Shown: positions 8,080-17,130 of the stretch, piece after piece
Layout: each line of letters starts with the position of its first letter
Numbering within the stretch: position 1 is the stretch's first letter
Notes under the pieces: generated by a model
The model's database searches: none
What the model saw: the letters and a program-made list of their open reading frames with translations, nothing else
Told to the model about the DNA's origin: nothing
Program-made: the position numbers and the translations under genes
DNA from: Elusimicrobiales bacterium
GTDB taxonomy: Bacteria; Elusimicrobiota; Elusimicrobia; Elusimicrobiales; Elusimicrobiaceae
Length of the DNA stretch: 64,000 bases
Assembly: GCA_041651175.1 (NCBI GenBank)
Contig: JBAZJT010000002.1
Location: 17,322-81,321, forward strand
Reading direction: 5' to 3'

Positions 8080-11000
8080 CGGTTCTTATGCCGGGCGACA
8101 TTCAAAACATACACGGCCTTCCCAACGCTGCCGCGAAGGCGCATTTTGCGCTGCGGCTGGGGCTGCCGCGCATTATTTATTGCGCGCCGGACGAGGAGGC
8201 GGTGTCGGAATTCCTGCTATCGGCGCGGGCGCTGCGCGGGCTTTCCGGCGGCGCGGATTTTTCTTCCGTGCAGATAGGCGAGGAAGTTTTGTCCCGCTGC
8301 GCCGCGCTGGGCGCGCTTTGCGCGGCGGGGGACGGGCCGGTCATCGCGGGGGCCAGTTTCGCCAGCCTGCTGCTGCCGGCGGATGATTTGGCCGCTTTCG
8401 CCGCCGCCTCAAGGAGCATACGGCGCGGCGGCGCGCTCAAGCGCGCCGAATTGCTGGACTGGCTGGAAAAATCCGGCTATCAGCGCGCGGAATTCGCCGA
8501 GCAGCCGGGCGAATACGCCGCGCGCGGCGCGGTGGCCGATATTTTCGCCCCGGGCGCGCCAAAACCCGCGCGGCTCTACCTCTCCGGCGACGGGGTGGAA
8601 AGCATACGGTTTTTTGACCCGGAAACGCAGGACTGCGGCGCGTTTGCGGACGCAATCGCGCTGCCGCCCTGCCGCGCCGCCTCCGGCGAAACGCCGCTGC
8701 TGCAAAGGCTGTCCGGCTTCCGTTTCATTACGGACCTGACGGAGCCGGCCCATGAGGCCGTCCCCGCGCCGGAAATACCCGGCGCAATCGCAATCACCCC
8801 GCTTTCCGGGGAAAATTACGGGGCGGGCAAAAACCTCTCCTTCAGCGGGAATGTGGAGCTGCTTGTCTCCGAGGTTGCGCGGCTGCGGGCGGGGGGGATA
8901 AATCCGGTTGTCTCCTGCCTCAACCGCGGCGAGCTGGAACGGATAGGCGAGCTTGCGCCGGGGCTGGATTTGCGCGTCTGCGCGCTGCGGGAGGGTTTTG
9001 TCCACCCGCCGTCGGGCTTTGCCGTCATAACATCGGGCGATATATTCTCGCGCAGGTATTCGGGCGGCTCGCTGCTTAAGAAGTTCGATTCCCCCGGCTC
9101 AAAGCGCGTCCGTTTCCGCGACCTCAAGCCGGGCGATTTCGTGGTGCATGAAACCTACGGCATAGGCCGCTACCTGGGCATGAGCGCCCTGCGCCACGAC
9201 GGGACGCCGGCCTCCCCCGATGATACCGACGCCGCGGACTGCCTGCGGCTGGAATACAAAAACTCCCACCGGCTTTTCGTGCCGTTGTTTGATTTTTCCA
9301 AGGTGCAGAAATACGTGGGCGCCGAGGGCAAAGCTCCCCGGCTGTCCGCGCTGGGCGGAAACGGCTGGGGCAATATAAAATCCCGCGTTAAAGAGGGGGT
9401 TGAAAAAGCCGCAAAGGAAATTCTGGCCATGGAGGCCGAGCGCGCCGCCGCCCAATCCCCCGCCCTGCCCGGCGACGAGCATATGGAGCGCGAATTCGCC
9501 GATTCTTTCCCCTACGAGGAGACGCCGGACCAGACAAAGGCCATCGCCGCCGTGGCCGCGCAACTGTCGCTGCCAAAGCCGATGGACGCCGTGATTGCGG
9601 GGGATGTGGGCTTTGGCAAAACCGAGGTCGCCATACGCGCCGCGCTGCGCTGCGTCCTCTCCGGCAGGCAGGCGGCGGTGGTCGTGCCCACCACGGTGCT
9701 GGCGGCGCAGCATTTCCGCACCTTCACGCAGCGGCTGGCGGGGTTTCCGGTCAAAACAGCCATGCTTTGCCGCTTCCAGTCAACGGCGGAACAGAAACAG
9801 ACGGTTTTGGATTTGCGCTCCGGGGCCTGCGATATAATCATAGGCACGCAGCGGCTTTTGTCCAAAGATGTGGCCTTTGCCAGGCTGGGGCTTTGCATTA
9901 TTGACGAGGAGCACCGCTTCGGCGTCCGCCAGAAGGAGAAAATACGCCGCATTTCCGCCGGCGCGCACACATTGCTGATGTCGGCCACGCCCATACCGCG
10001 CACTCTCTACCAGGCGATGTCCGGCCTGCGCGAGATAGCCGTCATAGAAACCCCGCCCGCCGGCAGAATGCCGATAGCCACCCGCGTCGCCCCCTGGGAC
10101 GAAAAAATAGCTGCCGCCGCCATACGGGAGGAGCTTGCCCGCGGCGGGCAGGTTTATTACGTGCACAACAGGGTGCGCACGCTGGCCTCCCGCGCCGCTT
10201 TCCTGAAATCCGCCGTGCCGGAGGCCGCCATAATCTCCGCCCACGGCCAGATGCCGGGAGGCGAGCTGGAGCGCGCGATGTGGGACTTTTTCAACCGCCG
10301 CTACAACGTGCTGGCGGCTTCCACAATCATAGAATCCGGGCTGGACATGCCCGATGTTAACACGCTTATAGTGGAAAACGCGCACGAATTCGGCCTTGCC
10401 CAGCTTTACCAGCTGCGCGGGCGCATAGGCCGGGGCGACAAAAAGGCGTACTGCTATCTGTTCTATCCGCCCTGGCTGGACAAAAAACCCCCGCCGCCGG
10501 ACCTCCCGGACGACGAGTATGAGCCGCCCCGCCGCCGCAGGCGGCACAAGGCCCCTCCCCGCCCGGCCATGACCGAGGACGCCGCCAAACGGCTTGCCGC
10601 GCTGACCGAGTTCGGCGAGCTTGGCTCCGGCTTCCGGCTGGCGATGCGCGACCTGGAAATACGCGGCGCGGGCGAGCTGCTGGGGCTGCGCCAGCACGGT
10701 TTCATAAACGAGGTGGGGCTGTCGCTTTACTGCGAATTGCTGGCGGCGGAGGTCAAAAGACTGCGCGGCGCGCCGGAAGAGGCCGCGCCGCTGGCCTATT
10801 TCGACGCGCCGGTTGCCGCCTATATCCCGCCCGATTATCTGCCGGACGAGGCCGCCCGGCTGGACTGGTACCGCCGTCTGCTGGGCGCGGACGAAAATTC
10901 CGCCCCGGGCGTGCTGTCCGGGCTGGAAGGGCTTTGCGGCCCCGCGCCGGAGAGCGTGCGCAACATAGCCGAAATAATGAAGCTGCGCCGCGCCGCCGCC

Positions 11001-11228
11001 CGGGCCGGCGCGCGCGCGCTGGAGATGCGCGACGGCGCGCTTGAAGTCTATTTCCGCAAAGACTCGCCCCCTTCGGCGGAGGCTGCGCGGCGGCTTGCCG
11101 CCCGCTACGGCGCAAGGCTGCGCTTTGTCCCCGCCTCGCTTGGCGACGGCGTGCGCATAGAATGCCCGGATGCGACGCCCCTGGCCTTCGCCCGGGAAGT
11201 CGTTTCCGCCATAGCATCAAATAAGTAG
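8076..11228 (+). CDS. mfd: transcription-repair coupling factor Mfd
   Basis: 1050 aa. GDFVVHETYGIGRYLG (CarD/TRCF domain). Helicase motifs GDVGFGKTEVA, DEEHRFGV and SATPIPRT. TRG-like LAMRDLEIRGAGELLG. The track start is TTG 8076 (TTGA overlap); an alternative ATG lies at 8088. Confidence 0.9.
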   Translation: MTVLMPGDIQNIHGLPNAAAKAHFALRLGLPRIIYCAPDEEAVSEFLLSARALRGLSGGADFSSVQIGEEVLSRCAALGALCAAGDGPVIAGASFASLLLPADDLAAFAAASRSIRRGGALKRAELLDWLEKSGYQRAEFAEQPGEYAARGAVADIFAPGAPKPARLYLSGDGVESIRFFDPETQDCGAFADAIALPPCRAASGETPLLQRLSGFRFITDLTEPAHEAVPAPEIPGAIAITPLSGENYGAGKNLSFSGNVELLVSEVARLRAGGINPVVSCLNRGELERIGELAPGLDLRVCALREGFVHPPSGFAVITSGDIFSRRYSGGSLLKKFDSPGSKRVRFRDLKPGDFVVHETYGIGRYLGMSALRHDGTPASPDDTDAADCLRLEYKNSHRLFVPLFDFSKVQKYVGAEGKAPRLSALGGNGWGNIKSRVKEGVEKAAKEILAMEAERAAAQSPALPGDEHMEREFADSFPYEETPDQTKAIAAVAAQLSLPKPMDAVIAGDVGFGKTEVAIRAALRCVLSGRQAAVVVPTTVLAAQHFRTFTQRLAGFPVKTAMLCRFQSTAEQKQTVLDLRSGACDIIIGTQRLLSKDVAFARLGLCIIDEEHRFGVRQKEKIRRISAGAHTLLMSATPIPRTLYQAMSGLREIAVIETPPAGRMPIATRVAPWDEKIAAAAIREELARGGQVYYVHNRVRTLASRAAFLKSAVPEAAIISAHGQMPGGELERAMWDFFNRRYNVLAASTIIESGLDMPDVNTLIVENAHEFGLAQLYQLRGRIGRGDKKAYCYLFYPPWLDKKPPPPDLPDDEYEPPRRRRRHKAPPRPAMTEDAAKRLAALTEFGELGSGFRLAMRDLEIRGAGELLGLRQHGFINEVGLSLYCELLAAEVKRLRGAPEEAAPLAYFDAPVAAYIPPDYLPDEAARLDWYRRLLGADENSAPGVLSGLEGLCGPAPESVRNIAEIMKLRRAAARAGARALEMRDGALEVYFRKDSPPSAEAARRLAARYGARLRFVPASLGDGVRIECPDATPLAFAREVVSAIASNK

Positions 11229-11313
11229 GTGTCTTTTGCGAGGGTTTGGGCCTTCCGGCCCATGCCCTCATGCCGGTCTTATGCGAGAATTGTAATTGTA
11301 CTGCTTGGGGGCA

Positions 11314-11334
11314 GTCCGCGGCGCGGCCGCGGAC
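11314..11334. other. GC-rich perfect stem-loop (9-bp stem GTCCGCGGC / GCCGCGGAC, 3-nt loop) in the mfd-downstream spacer
   Basis: Read directly: gtccgcggc-gcg-gccgcggac. No U-tract follows, so it is not a canonical intrinsic terminator. Function unknown. Confidence 0.4.
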
Positions 11335-11354
11335 CGGAAATCGCGGGAGTTGCT

Positions 11355-11963
11355 ATGCCGGAAGCCGGGAATGCTGTCCTTATATGCGGGGATGCCTGTC
11401 CGTCTTTTACCACCGCGCATACCGTTTGCGCCTACGCGGCGGAAAAGCTGGCCGCCGCCGGCTGGCGCGCGCGGGTGGTGTTTGCCGGCGACCTGCTGCG
11501 CGAGGGGAACTGCGTCCGCAATCTTAAAATCCTGCTGGAAGGGTCCTCGCTGCTTATGGTGGCTTTCGCGTCGGCGGGCGGCTCGCTGCCGGCGCCGCTT
11601 GTCAAGATTTTAGAGGCCATAGCCGCCGCCCGCTCCGCCGGGCAGGATACCGGCCTGCTGCGTCTGGCGGCGATAGGCTGCTTTCCCTGCGGCGGCGCCG
11701 ACGCAGAAAACGCGCTGGACATGTGCCGCTCTTTTGCCAAGGGCACGGGCATGGAATGGTCCGGCGGGCTGGCGGTGTGCGGTTGGTTCACCGGCGGCAA
11801 GCCTTTTGCCGCAACGGGCGCGGGCGCGGCCAGGCTGCGCAAAGGGCTGGACGCCGCGATGCAGTCGCTTGCCGCAGGCCAGGCCATCCCCGAATCCGCG
11901 ATGGAGCAGGTCTCCCAGCCGCCGGATTTGTCCAGCCTGAAATCTTCCGTTAAAAAGTTCTGA
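11355..11963 (+). CDS. hypothetical protein (possibly flavodoxin-like fold)
   Basis: The ORF track gives 11229..11963. I prefer the ATG at 11355 (MPEAGNAVLICGD...), which is preceded by GGGAG 8 nt upstream. No diagnostic motif recognised. Composition is protein-like compared with the Arg-rich antisense ORF. Confidence 0.4.
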   Translation: MPEAGNAVLICGDACPSFTTAHTVCAYAAEKLAAAGWRARVVFAGDLLREGNCVRNLKILLEGSSLLMVAFASAGGSLPAPLVKILEAIAAARSAGQDTGLLRLAAIGCFPCGGADAENALDMCRSFAKGTGMEWSGGLAVCGWFTGGKPFAATGAGAARLRKGLDAAMQSLAAGQAIPESAMEQVSQPPDLSSLKSSVKKF

Positions 11964-12006
11964 ATTCCCGTTCCGGCTGAGCCGGAGCCGTTTTCCGCCG
12001 GAAACC

Positions 12007-13044
12007 CTATCCTGCGGCAGGTCCGCTGAAAATCCCCGGTATCGCCGCGCCGCAGTGTTTGCAGGCGGCGGTTTTGCCGTCTTTTGAGGGGGCAAGTCCG
12101 GTTATTTTCGCGCCGTACCCCGCGCGTTCCACCAGCGTCTTTGAGCAGTCCGGGCAGACGGTGTTTTCGCTGCCGCCGGGGATATTGCCGGAATACACAT
12201 ATTTCAGCCCCGCCGCCCTGCCCGCGCGGGCGGCGCGCTCCAAATCCCGCGCGGCGGCGGGGCGGGAACCGGTCATCTTGTAATCGGGATGGAAGGCCGT
12301 AACATGCCACGGAATTTCCGGCGAGACCGACGCTATGAACCGCGCTGTTTGGGCAAGCCCGGCTTCCGAATCGTTGAAATCCGGCACGACCAGCGTTACA
12401 ATCTCCGTCCAGATGCCAAGGCTGTGAACCAGCTTTATCGTGTCCAGCACCGGCTGGAGCCTTCCGCCGATGATTTCGCGGTATTTGCCGTCGTCAAAGC
12501 ATTTGAGGTCTATTTTCCACGCCTCCAGCGCGGGGCGCATATATTCAACCGCCTTTTGCGAGGCAAAACCGTTGGAGACGAAAGCCCGGACAAGGCCTTT
12601 TTTGCCGGCCTCTTCAAAGACGGCTTTTGCCCATTCGGCGGAAATGAGCGGCTCGTTATAGGTGGCGGCCATTATGCGCGCGCCGCAGCCGGAGGCGGAG
12701 GCGGCCAGCTTTTCCGGGGAAATTTCCATGATTTCCGCGTTTTCGCAGGTCTGGGAAAGCTCCCAGTTCTGGCAGAAGCGGCAGCGGAAATTGCAGCCGG
12801 GCATGCCGAAAGAAAGCGCCTTTTCCCCCGGCAGCAGATGGAAAAACGGCTTTTTCTCCACCGGGTCGCAGGCCAGCGCGGACACATATCCCCAGGGCGC
12901 GAAAATCTCGCCGTCCCTGTTGAATCTCATGCCGCAGATCCCGCGCCCGCCGGAGGGGATTATGCAGTCGTGGGCGCAGGCATGGCATTGCCCCGCGCCG
13001 CCTTCGGTTTTGGAAAACAGTTCCGCGCGCCTTGAATAGTCCAT
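12007..13044 (-). CDS. amrS: AmmeMemoRadiSam system radical SAM enzyme
   Basis: Radical SAM cluster motif CNFRCRFCQNWELS. N-terminal Cys-rich segment QCHACAHDCIIPSGGRGICGMR. C-terminal CPDC...CKHC. Start taken at the internal ATG 13044 (MDYSRRAELF) rather than the track start 13209, which would overlap the divergent gene. Confidence 0.8.
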   Translation of the reverse strand: MDYSRRAELFSKTEGGAGQCHACAHDCIIPSGGRGICGMRFNRDGEIFAPWGYVSALACDPVEKKPFFHLLPGEKALSFGMPGCNFRCRFCQNWELSQTCENAEIMEISPEKLAASASGCGARIMAATYNEPLISAEWAKAVFEEAGKKGLVRAFVSNGFASQKAVEYMRPALEAWKIDLKCFDDGKYREIIGGRLQPVLDTIKLVHSLGIWTEIVTLVVPDFNDSEAGLAQTARFIASVSPEIPWHVTAFHPDYKMTGSRPAAARDLERAARAGRAAGLKYVYSGNIPGGSENTVCPDCSKTLVERAGYGAKITGLAPSKDGKTAACKHCGAAIPGIFSGPAAG

Positions 13045-13069
13045 GGTTTTTATATAGTCTCTTATCAGG

Positions 13070-13075
13070 ATTATA
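13070..13075 (-). promoter_or_regulatory. candidate -10 box TATAAT for amrS (33-nt AT-rich divergent spacer)
   Basis: Plus strand reads attata, which is TATAAT on the minus strand, 25 nt upstream of ATG 13044. The same spacer has TATATA (13051-13056) and AGGA (13067-13070) for the plus-strand gene. Confidence 0.3.
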
Positions 13076-13077
13076 CT

Positions 13078-14262
13078 ATGAAACTCGCCGCCGCTTTCCT
13101 TGCGATTTTCTGCTGCTGCTCCGCCGCGCAGGAACCGGAGCCGTCCGCGCCGGCGCAATTCAGCCTGGACGGGGACATAGACGCTGCCTGGCTTGCGGGG
13201 ATACGGCATATGTATTCGCTGGATTTCGCGAAAGCCCGCGCGGAGTTCGAGCGGCTTGCCGCCTCAAGGCCGGAGCATCCCGCGGGCGACCTGGCGCTGG
13301 CCGGGCTGCTGTGGTGGCAGTATTCGCAGGATTACGACATCCCCAAGCATCAGGTCAAGGCCACCGCCGCCGAATTTGAAAAATACGCCGGTTCCGCCAT
13401 TGAAAAATCCGAAAAATACCTCAAAACCCATCCCAAGGACGCCGGGACCTATTTCATCATGGGCACGGCCTACGGCCTGCTGGGCCGCTGGTGCGCGGTG
13501 GAGCGGCGCTGGTGGCGCGCGTACAGAAACGGCACCAAGGGACGAAAATATCTCAAAAAAGCTCTTGACCGGAACCCGGAAATATACGACGCCTATGCCG
13601 GGCTCGGAATATTTGACTATTATTCCGACACCGTGCCGGGCGTGCTGAAACTGCCGGAACTGCTGCTCATCCACGGCAGCAAAAAACGCGGTCTGGCGGA
13701 ACTGGAACAGGCTGTTACAAAAGGCAGGTTTTTCGTTACCGAATCCAAGCTGTTCAAGATAGCGATAGAGGTCGCTTTTGAGCATGACTGCAAAACCGCG
13801 CTGTCGCTGGCGCAGGAGCTGCGCGCCTCCGAGCCGGGCAACGTTTTCTTCCGCTTCACGGAATTTGCCACCAGATTTAACTGCAACGACTGGGAAGGCG
13901 CCATGCGCCAGGGCCGGGAGCTGCTGGCCGACAAGGCCGCCGCCTCCGCGCTTGACAGGCAGCTCGCGCTTATCTATCTCGCGATAGGCGATGCGTATAT
14001 GATGAGCGGCTCCTATACCCTGGCCATAAACGCATTCACGGAAGGCATTGCCACCCGCTACCCGGAAAAGGGCTGGGTTACCTACTGCTATATCCGGCGC
14101 GGCCAGTCCTACGAGCTGATGGGCGCGCGGGAGCGCGCGCTGGAGGACTACAAAACCGCCGCCTCGCGCGAGGATTTCTGGAGCACCATGGACGATGCCG
14201 AGCGGGGCCTGTCTAAACCCTATTCCAAAGCCGAAATAGAGGCCCAGCTTCAGGCGCACTGA
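13078..14262 (+). CDS. secreted TPR-like helical-repeat protein, function unknown
   Basis: 394 aa. Signal peptide MKLAAAFLAIFCCCSAAQEP. Helical-repeat-like composition (YFIMGTAYGLLGRW, IYDAYAGLGIFDYY, AIGDAYMMSGSYTLAINAF). Confidence 0.6.
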   Translation: MKLAAAFLAIFCCCSAAQEPEPSAPAQFSLDGDIDAAWLAGIRHMYSLDFAKARAEFERLAASRPEHPAGDLALAGLLWWQYSQDYDIPKHQVKATAAEFEKYAGSAIEKSEKYLKTHPKDAGTYFIMGTAYGLLGRWCAVERRWWRAYRNGTKGRKYLKKALDRNPEIYDAYAGLGIFDYYSDTVPGVLKLPELLLIHGSKKRGLAELEQAVTKGRFFVTESKLFKIAIEVAFEHDCKTALSLAQELRASEPGNVFFRFTEFATRFNCNDWEGAMRQGRELLADKAAASALDRQLALIYLAIGDAYMMSGSYTLAINAFTEGIATRYPEKGWVTYCYIRRGQSYELMGARERALEDYKTAASREDFWSTMDDAERGLSKPYSKAEIEAQLQAH

Positions 14263-14264
14263 CT

Positions 14265-15110
14265 ATGATAAAAACGCTGCCCGACAACGAGTTGAAAGCC
14301 CTTATAATTCTCGCGGGGGACGAGGAAGACTCCAACTCCGCCCTTCTGCGCGGGAAGCTGGCGCAGATAGCCGGCCGCGAGCCGGAGCGGCTAGAGGCTA
14401 TCGCCGAAGCCGAGTTTTCCGGCGGGCTGCCGCCGGCGGTGGCCTCGCTGCTTGAGGAAGCGCGCTGGGCGCTGCTGGAAAACCTGTTTAGCAAGATTGC
14501 CGCAAGCCCGTCGCCGGACCTGGAGGAGGGGCTTTTCCTGATTTCCAAATTCGCGTATCCGCGCCTGTCGCTGGCGGATATTTCCGCTCCCGCCGACGCG
14601 CTGGCGGCGGACATAAAAAAGACCGCTTCCTCCGCCGGCAGTCTGGAGGAATACATAGCCGCCTTCAATGAAACGGTGTTCAGGAACCGCTCGTTCTCCT
14701 GCTGCGACGGCGCGGGCGCGGGGCCGGAAAGCGCGTATCTCTACACCCTGCTGAAAACCCGCCGGGCCGCGGCGCCCGCGCTGGGCGCGCTTTACATCAT
14801 CGTGGGCAAAAGGCTGGAGGTGCCGGTGTGCGCCTCGGCCATGCCGGGGCATTTCATAGCGCAGTTCCGGGCCTGGGACGCGGAGGTTTTCGTGGATTTG
14901 TGCCGGGAGGGCAAAATAGTCTCCCGCCGGGAATGCCAGATGATGACGCTCTCGCGCGGGCTGCGCTGGGACGGCGATTATCTAAAGCCCGTGGATTCGC
15001 GCGCTCTGCTGTGCCATACTTTAAGCAGCCTCATCTACAACTACAACCGCGCCAAAGACGCCCGCCGCGCCACCCAGCTTACGCGCTACCTGCAAATTCT
15101 TCAGGGGTGA
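14265..15110 (+). CDS. SirB1-like / transglutaminase-like plus TPR (UPF0162-type) protein
   Basis: 281 aa. The segment YLYTLLKTRRAAAPALGALYIIVGKRLEVPVCASAMPGHFIAQF resembles the SirB1 N-terminal (transglutaminase-like) region. Confidence 0.5.
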   Translation: MIKTLPDNELKALIILAGDEEDSNSALLRGKLAQIAGREPERLEAIAEAEFSGGLPPAVASLLEEARWALLENLFSKIAASPSPDLEEGLFLISKFAYPRLSLADISAPADALAADIKKTASSAGSLEEYIAAFNETVFRNRSFSCCDGAGAGPESAYLYTLLKTRRAAAPALGALYIIVGKRLEVPVCASAMPGHFIAQFRAWDAEVFVDLCREGKIVSRRECQMMTLSRGLRWDGDYLKPVDSRALLCHTLSSLIYNYNRAKDARRATQLTRYLQILQG

Positions 15111-16090
15111 GTTTGCCCGCGCAGTTTCAGATACGCCTGCCAGACCTCGTCAACGGTTATGCCGCGCAGCGAATGCCAGTCTTTTGAGGCGACGGCTACG
15201 CCCTCTCCCTGAAGCGGTTTCCAGCATTTTTCGGTGTATCCGCTGTGCAGCGAAATCATGGGCGTTCCGGCGGCGGCTGCCAGATGCATGGTCCCCGTCG
15301 CGCTCACCACAAGCATGTTCATCTCGGATAAAATTCCCGCCATCAGCCCAAGCTCCGCCGGGGGGAGGATTGCGTCCACTCCCGCCATTTGCGCCGCGCG
15401 GCGGACCTGCGCCTCTTCTCCGGGGCCGCAGAGATATGCCACCCGCGCGCCGGAGGCGGAAATCCTTTTCGCCAGCTCCGCGAATTTCTCCTCCGGCCAG
15501 CGGTGGTCGAATTTCTTGTAATTGCCGGTGTGCATCGCGACTGTGAAATCGCCTTTTTTCACGCCGCAGGCGGCCAGAATTTCCCTGGCCCGGCGGCGGC
15601 GCTCCTCCGGGATTGAAATTTTCATTTCCGGCGCAAACGGCGCGCCGAAAAAATCCGCCAGACGGCGGTAGCGCTGCTGCATATGCTCGTCCTCGCGCGG
15701 CGCGGCCACTGTGGCGGTGTAGAACCAGCCTGCGCGGTATTTGTCAAAAGAGACGCGGCTTGCCGCGCCGCTCAGCCGGGTCAGCGCGCCCGACGCGCGG
15801 GAATAGGAGCAGTTCATGTCCACGCACAGGTCAAACTTTTTCAAAAGCAGGGTTTTTGCCAGCGCGGCGATATCGCGCGGCGCGGCGGAAAGGAAAACGG
15901 TTTCGTCAACAAAAGGCAGCAGTTCCCGCGCGCCGCGCACATAGCTCCGGGCAAGCAGCGTTATGCGCGCGTCCGGGTATTTTGCGCGCATCGCCGCCAT
16001 AAAAGGGGTTGACACCAGCAGGTCGCCCAGCCTGCCTATCCAAACCAGCAGAATATTCACACATTTATTATACAATTGAGCCATGCTCAA
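15101..16090 (-). CDS. glycosyltransferase family 9 (heptosyltransferase-like)
   Basis: 329 aa. ILLVWIGRLGDLLVSTPFMAAMRAKYPDARITLL is the typical GT9 N-terminus. C-terminal TGTMHLAAAAGTPMISL. The start is uncertain: TTG 16090, ATG 16084 or GTG 16060. Confidence 0.75.
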   Translation of the reverse strand: MSMAQLYNKCVNILLVWIGRLGDLLVSTPFMAAMRAKYPDARITLLARSYVRGARELLPFVDETVFLSAAPRDIAALAKTLLLKKFDLCVDMNCSYSRASGALTRLSGAASRVSFDKYRAGWFYTATVAAPREDEHMQQRYRRLADFFGAPFAPEMKISIPEERRRRAREILAACGVKKGDFTVAMHTGNYKKFDHRWPEEKFAELAKRISASGARVAYLCGPGEEAQVRRAAQMAGVDAILPPAELGLMAGILSEMNMLVVSATGTMHLAAAAGTPMISLHSGYTEKCWKPLQGEGVAVASKDWHSLRGITVDEVWQAYLKLRGQTHP

Positions 16091-17129
16091 AAAAACAGAC
16101 GCCAGGCTTGGGGAATTTCAGGCTTTTATGTCAAAAAACGGGGTGGAAGCTTATGTGGTTTCCAGCCCGGCGGACCAGTATTTTCTGACGGGTTTCAGGA
16201 TGGACGACTGGACTTTGCTTGTAACCCCCAAACACGCGCGCGGCTTCATGCCGGAAATGTTTGTTGGGCAGTTCCGGGACATAGCCCCGTTCTGCGATGC
16301 GGAGAAAGCGGTTTATCCGCACAAGGCGGTTGTCGCGGCGATTAAAGCCGCCAAAATAACCCGCGCCGCTTTTGACGGCGGAAACGAAACTTTCGTCTCC
16401 GGCATGTTCTGGCGCAAAAACGGGCTGCACGACCTGCCGGGCGCGGTGGCGCATCTGCGCCGCCGCAAGGACGCTTTTGAGGCCGGGCTTATCGCCAAAT
16501 CCTGCAAAATCGCGGTGAAGGCGTATAAAACCCTGCTGCCGGAAATCAAGCCCGGAATGACCGAGAATCAGGTCCGCGCGCGGCTTGAATACCTGATGGA
16601 CATGATGGGCGCCAAAGAGCCGTCTTTTTCCATAATCATCGGCTCCGGCCCCAATGCCGCGCTGCCGCATCACATCACCTCGGACAGAAAACTCAGGAAA
16701 AACGAGACGCTGCTGCTGGATTTCGGCTGCCGCTACAACGGGTACTGCTCGGATATAACCCGCACCATATTCCTGGGCAGGCCGACGGAAGAGTTCAGGA
16801 AAATCTACGCGATTGTGGACAAATCCCAGGAAGCCGGGGTGAAGGCGGTCAGGGCGGGCGTTATGACCGGCGATGTGGACAAAATCTGCCGCGGCATTAT
16901 CTCCGATGCCGGCTACGGCGACAAATTCACTCACGGCACCGGCCACGGGCTGGGGCTGGACATTCACGAGCCGCCCCGGCTCAATAACAACCCGGCGCTC
17001 AACGTCTCTCTTGAAACGGGCATGGCCGTTACGGTGGAGCCTGGCATTTACCTGCCGGGCAAATTCGGCGTAAGGATAGAAGACACCGTTCTTGTAACAA
17101 AAACCGGCTGCGATGTGCTGACGAGATAG
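16083..17129 (+). CDS. M24-family Xaa-Pro peptidase
   Basis: 348 aa. Pita-bread metal ligand motifs DFGCRYNGYCSDITRT, HGTGHGLGLDIHEPP and EPGIY. Confidence 0.85.
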   Translation: MLKKTDARLGEFQAFMSKNGVEAYVVSSPADQYFLTGFRMDDWTLLVTPKHARGFMPEMFVGQFRDIAPFCDAEKAVYPHKAVVAAIKAAKITRAAFDGGNETFVSGMFWRKNGLHDLPGAVAHLRRRKDAFEAGLIAKSCKIAVKAYKTLLPEIKPGMTENQVRARLEYLMDMMGAKEPSFSIIIGSGPNAALPHHITSDRKLRKNETLLLDFGCRYNGYCSDITRTIFLGRPTEEFRKIYAIVDKSQEAGVKAVRAGVMTGDVDKICRGIISDAGYGDKFTHGTGHGLGLDIHEPPRLNNNPALNVSLETGMAVTVEPGIYLPGKFGVRIEDTVLVTKTGCDVLTR

Positions 17130-17130
17130 C

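Noticed and set aside
13045-13209. Track start (13209) for the radical SAM gene
   Set aside because: It would overlap the divergent secreted TPR-like gene and add a 55-aa Arg-rich extension. ATG 13044 (MDYSRR) leaves a plausible AT-rich divergent promoter spacer.
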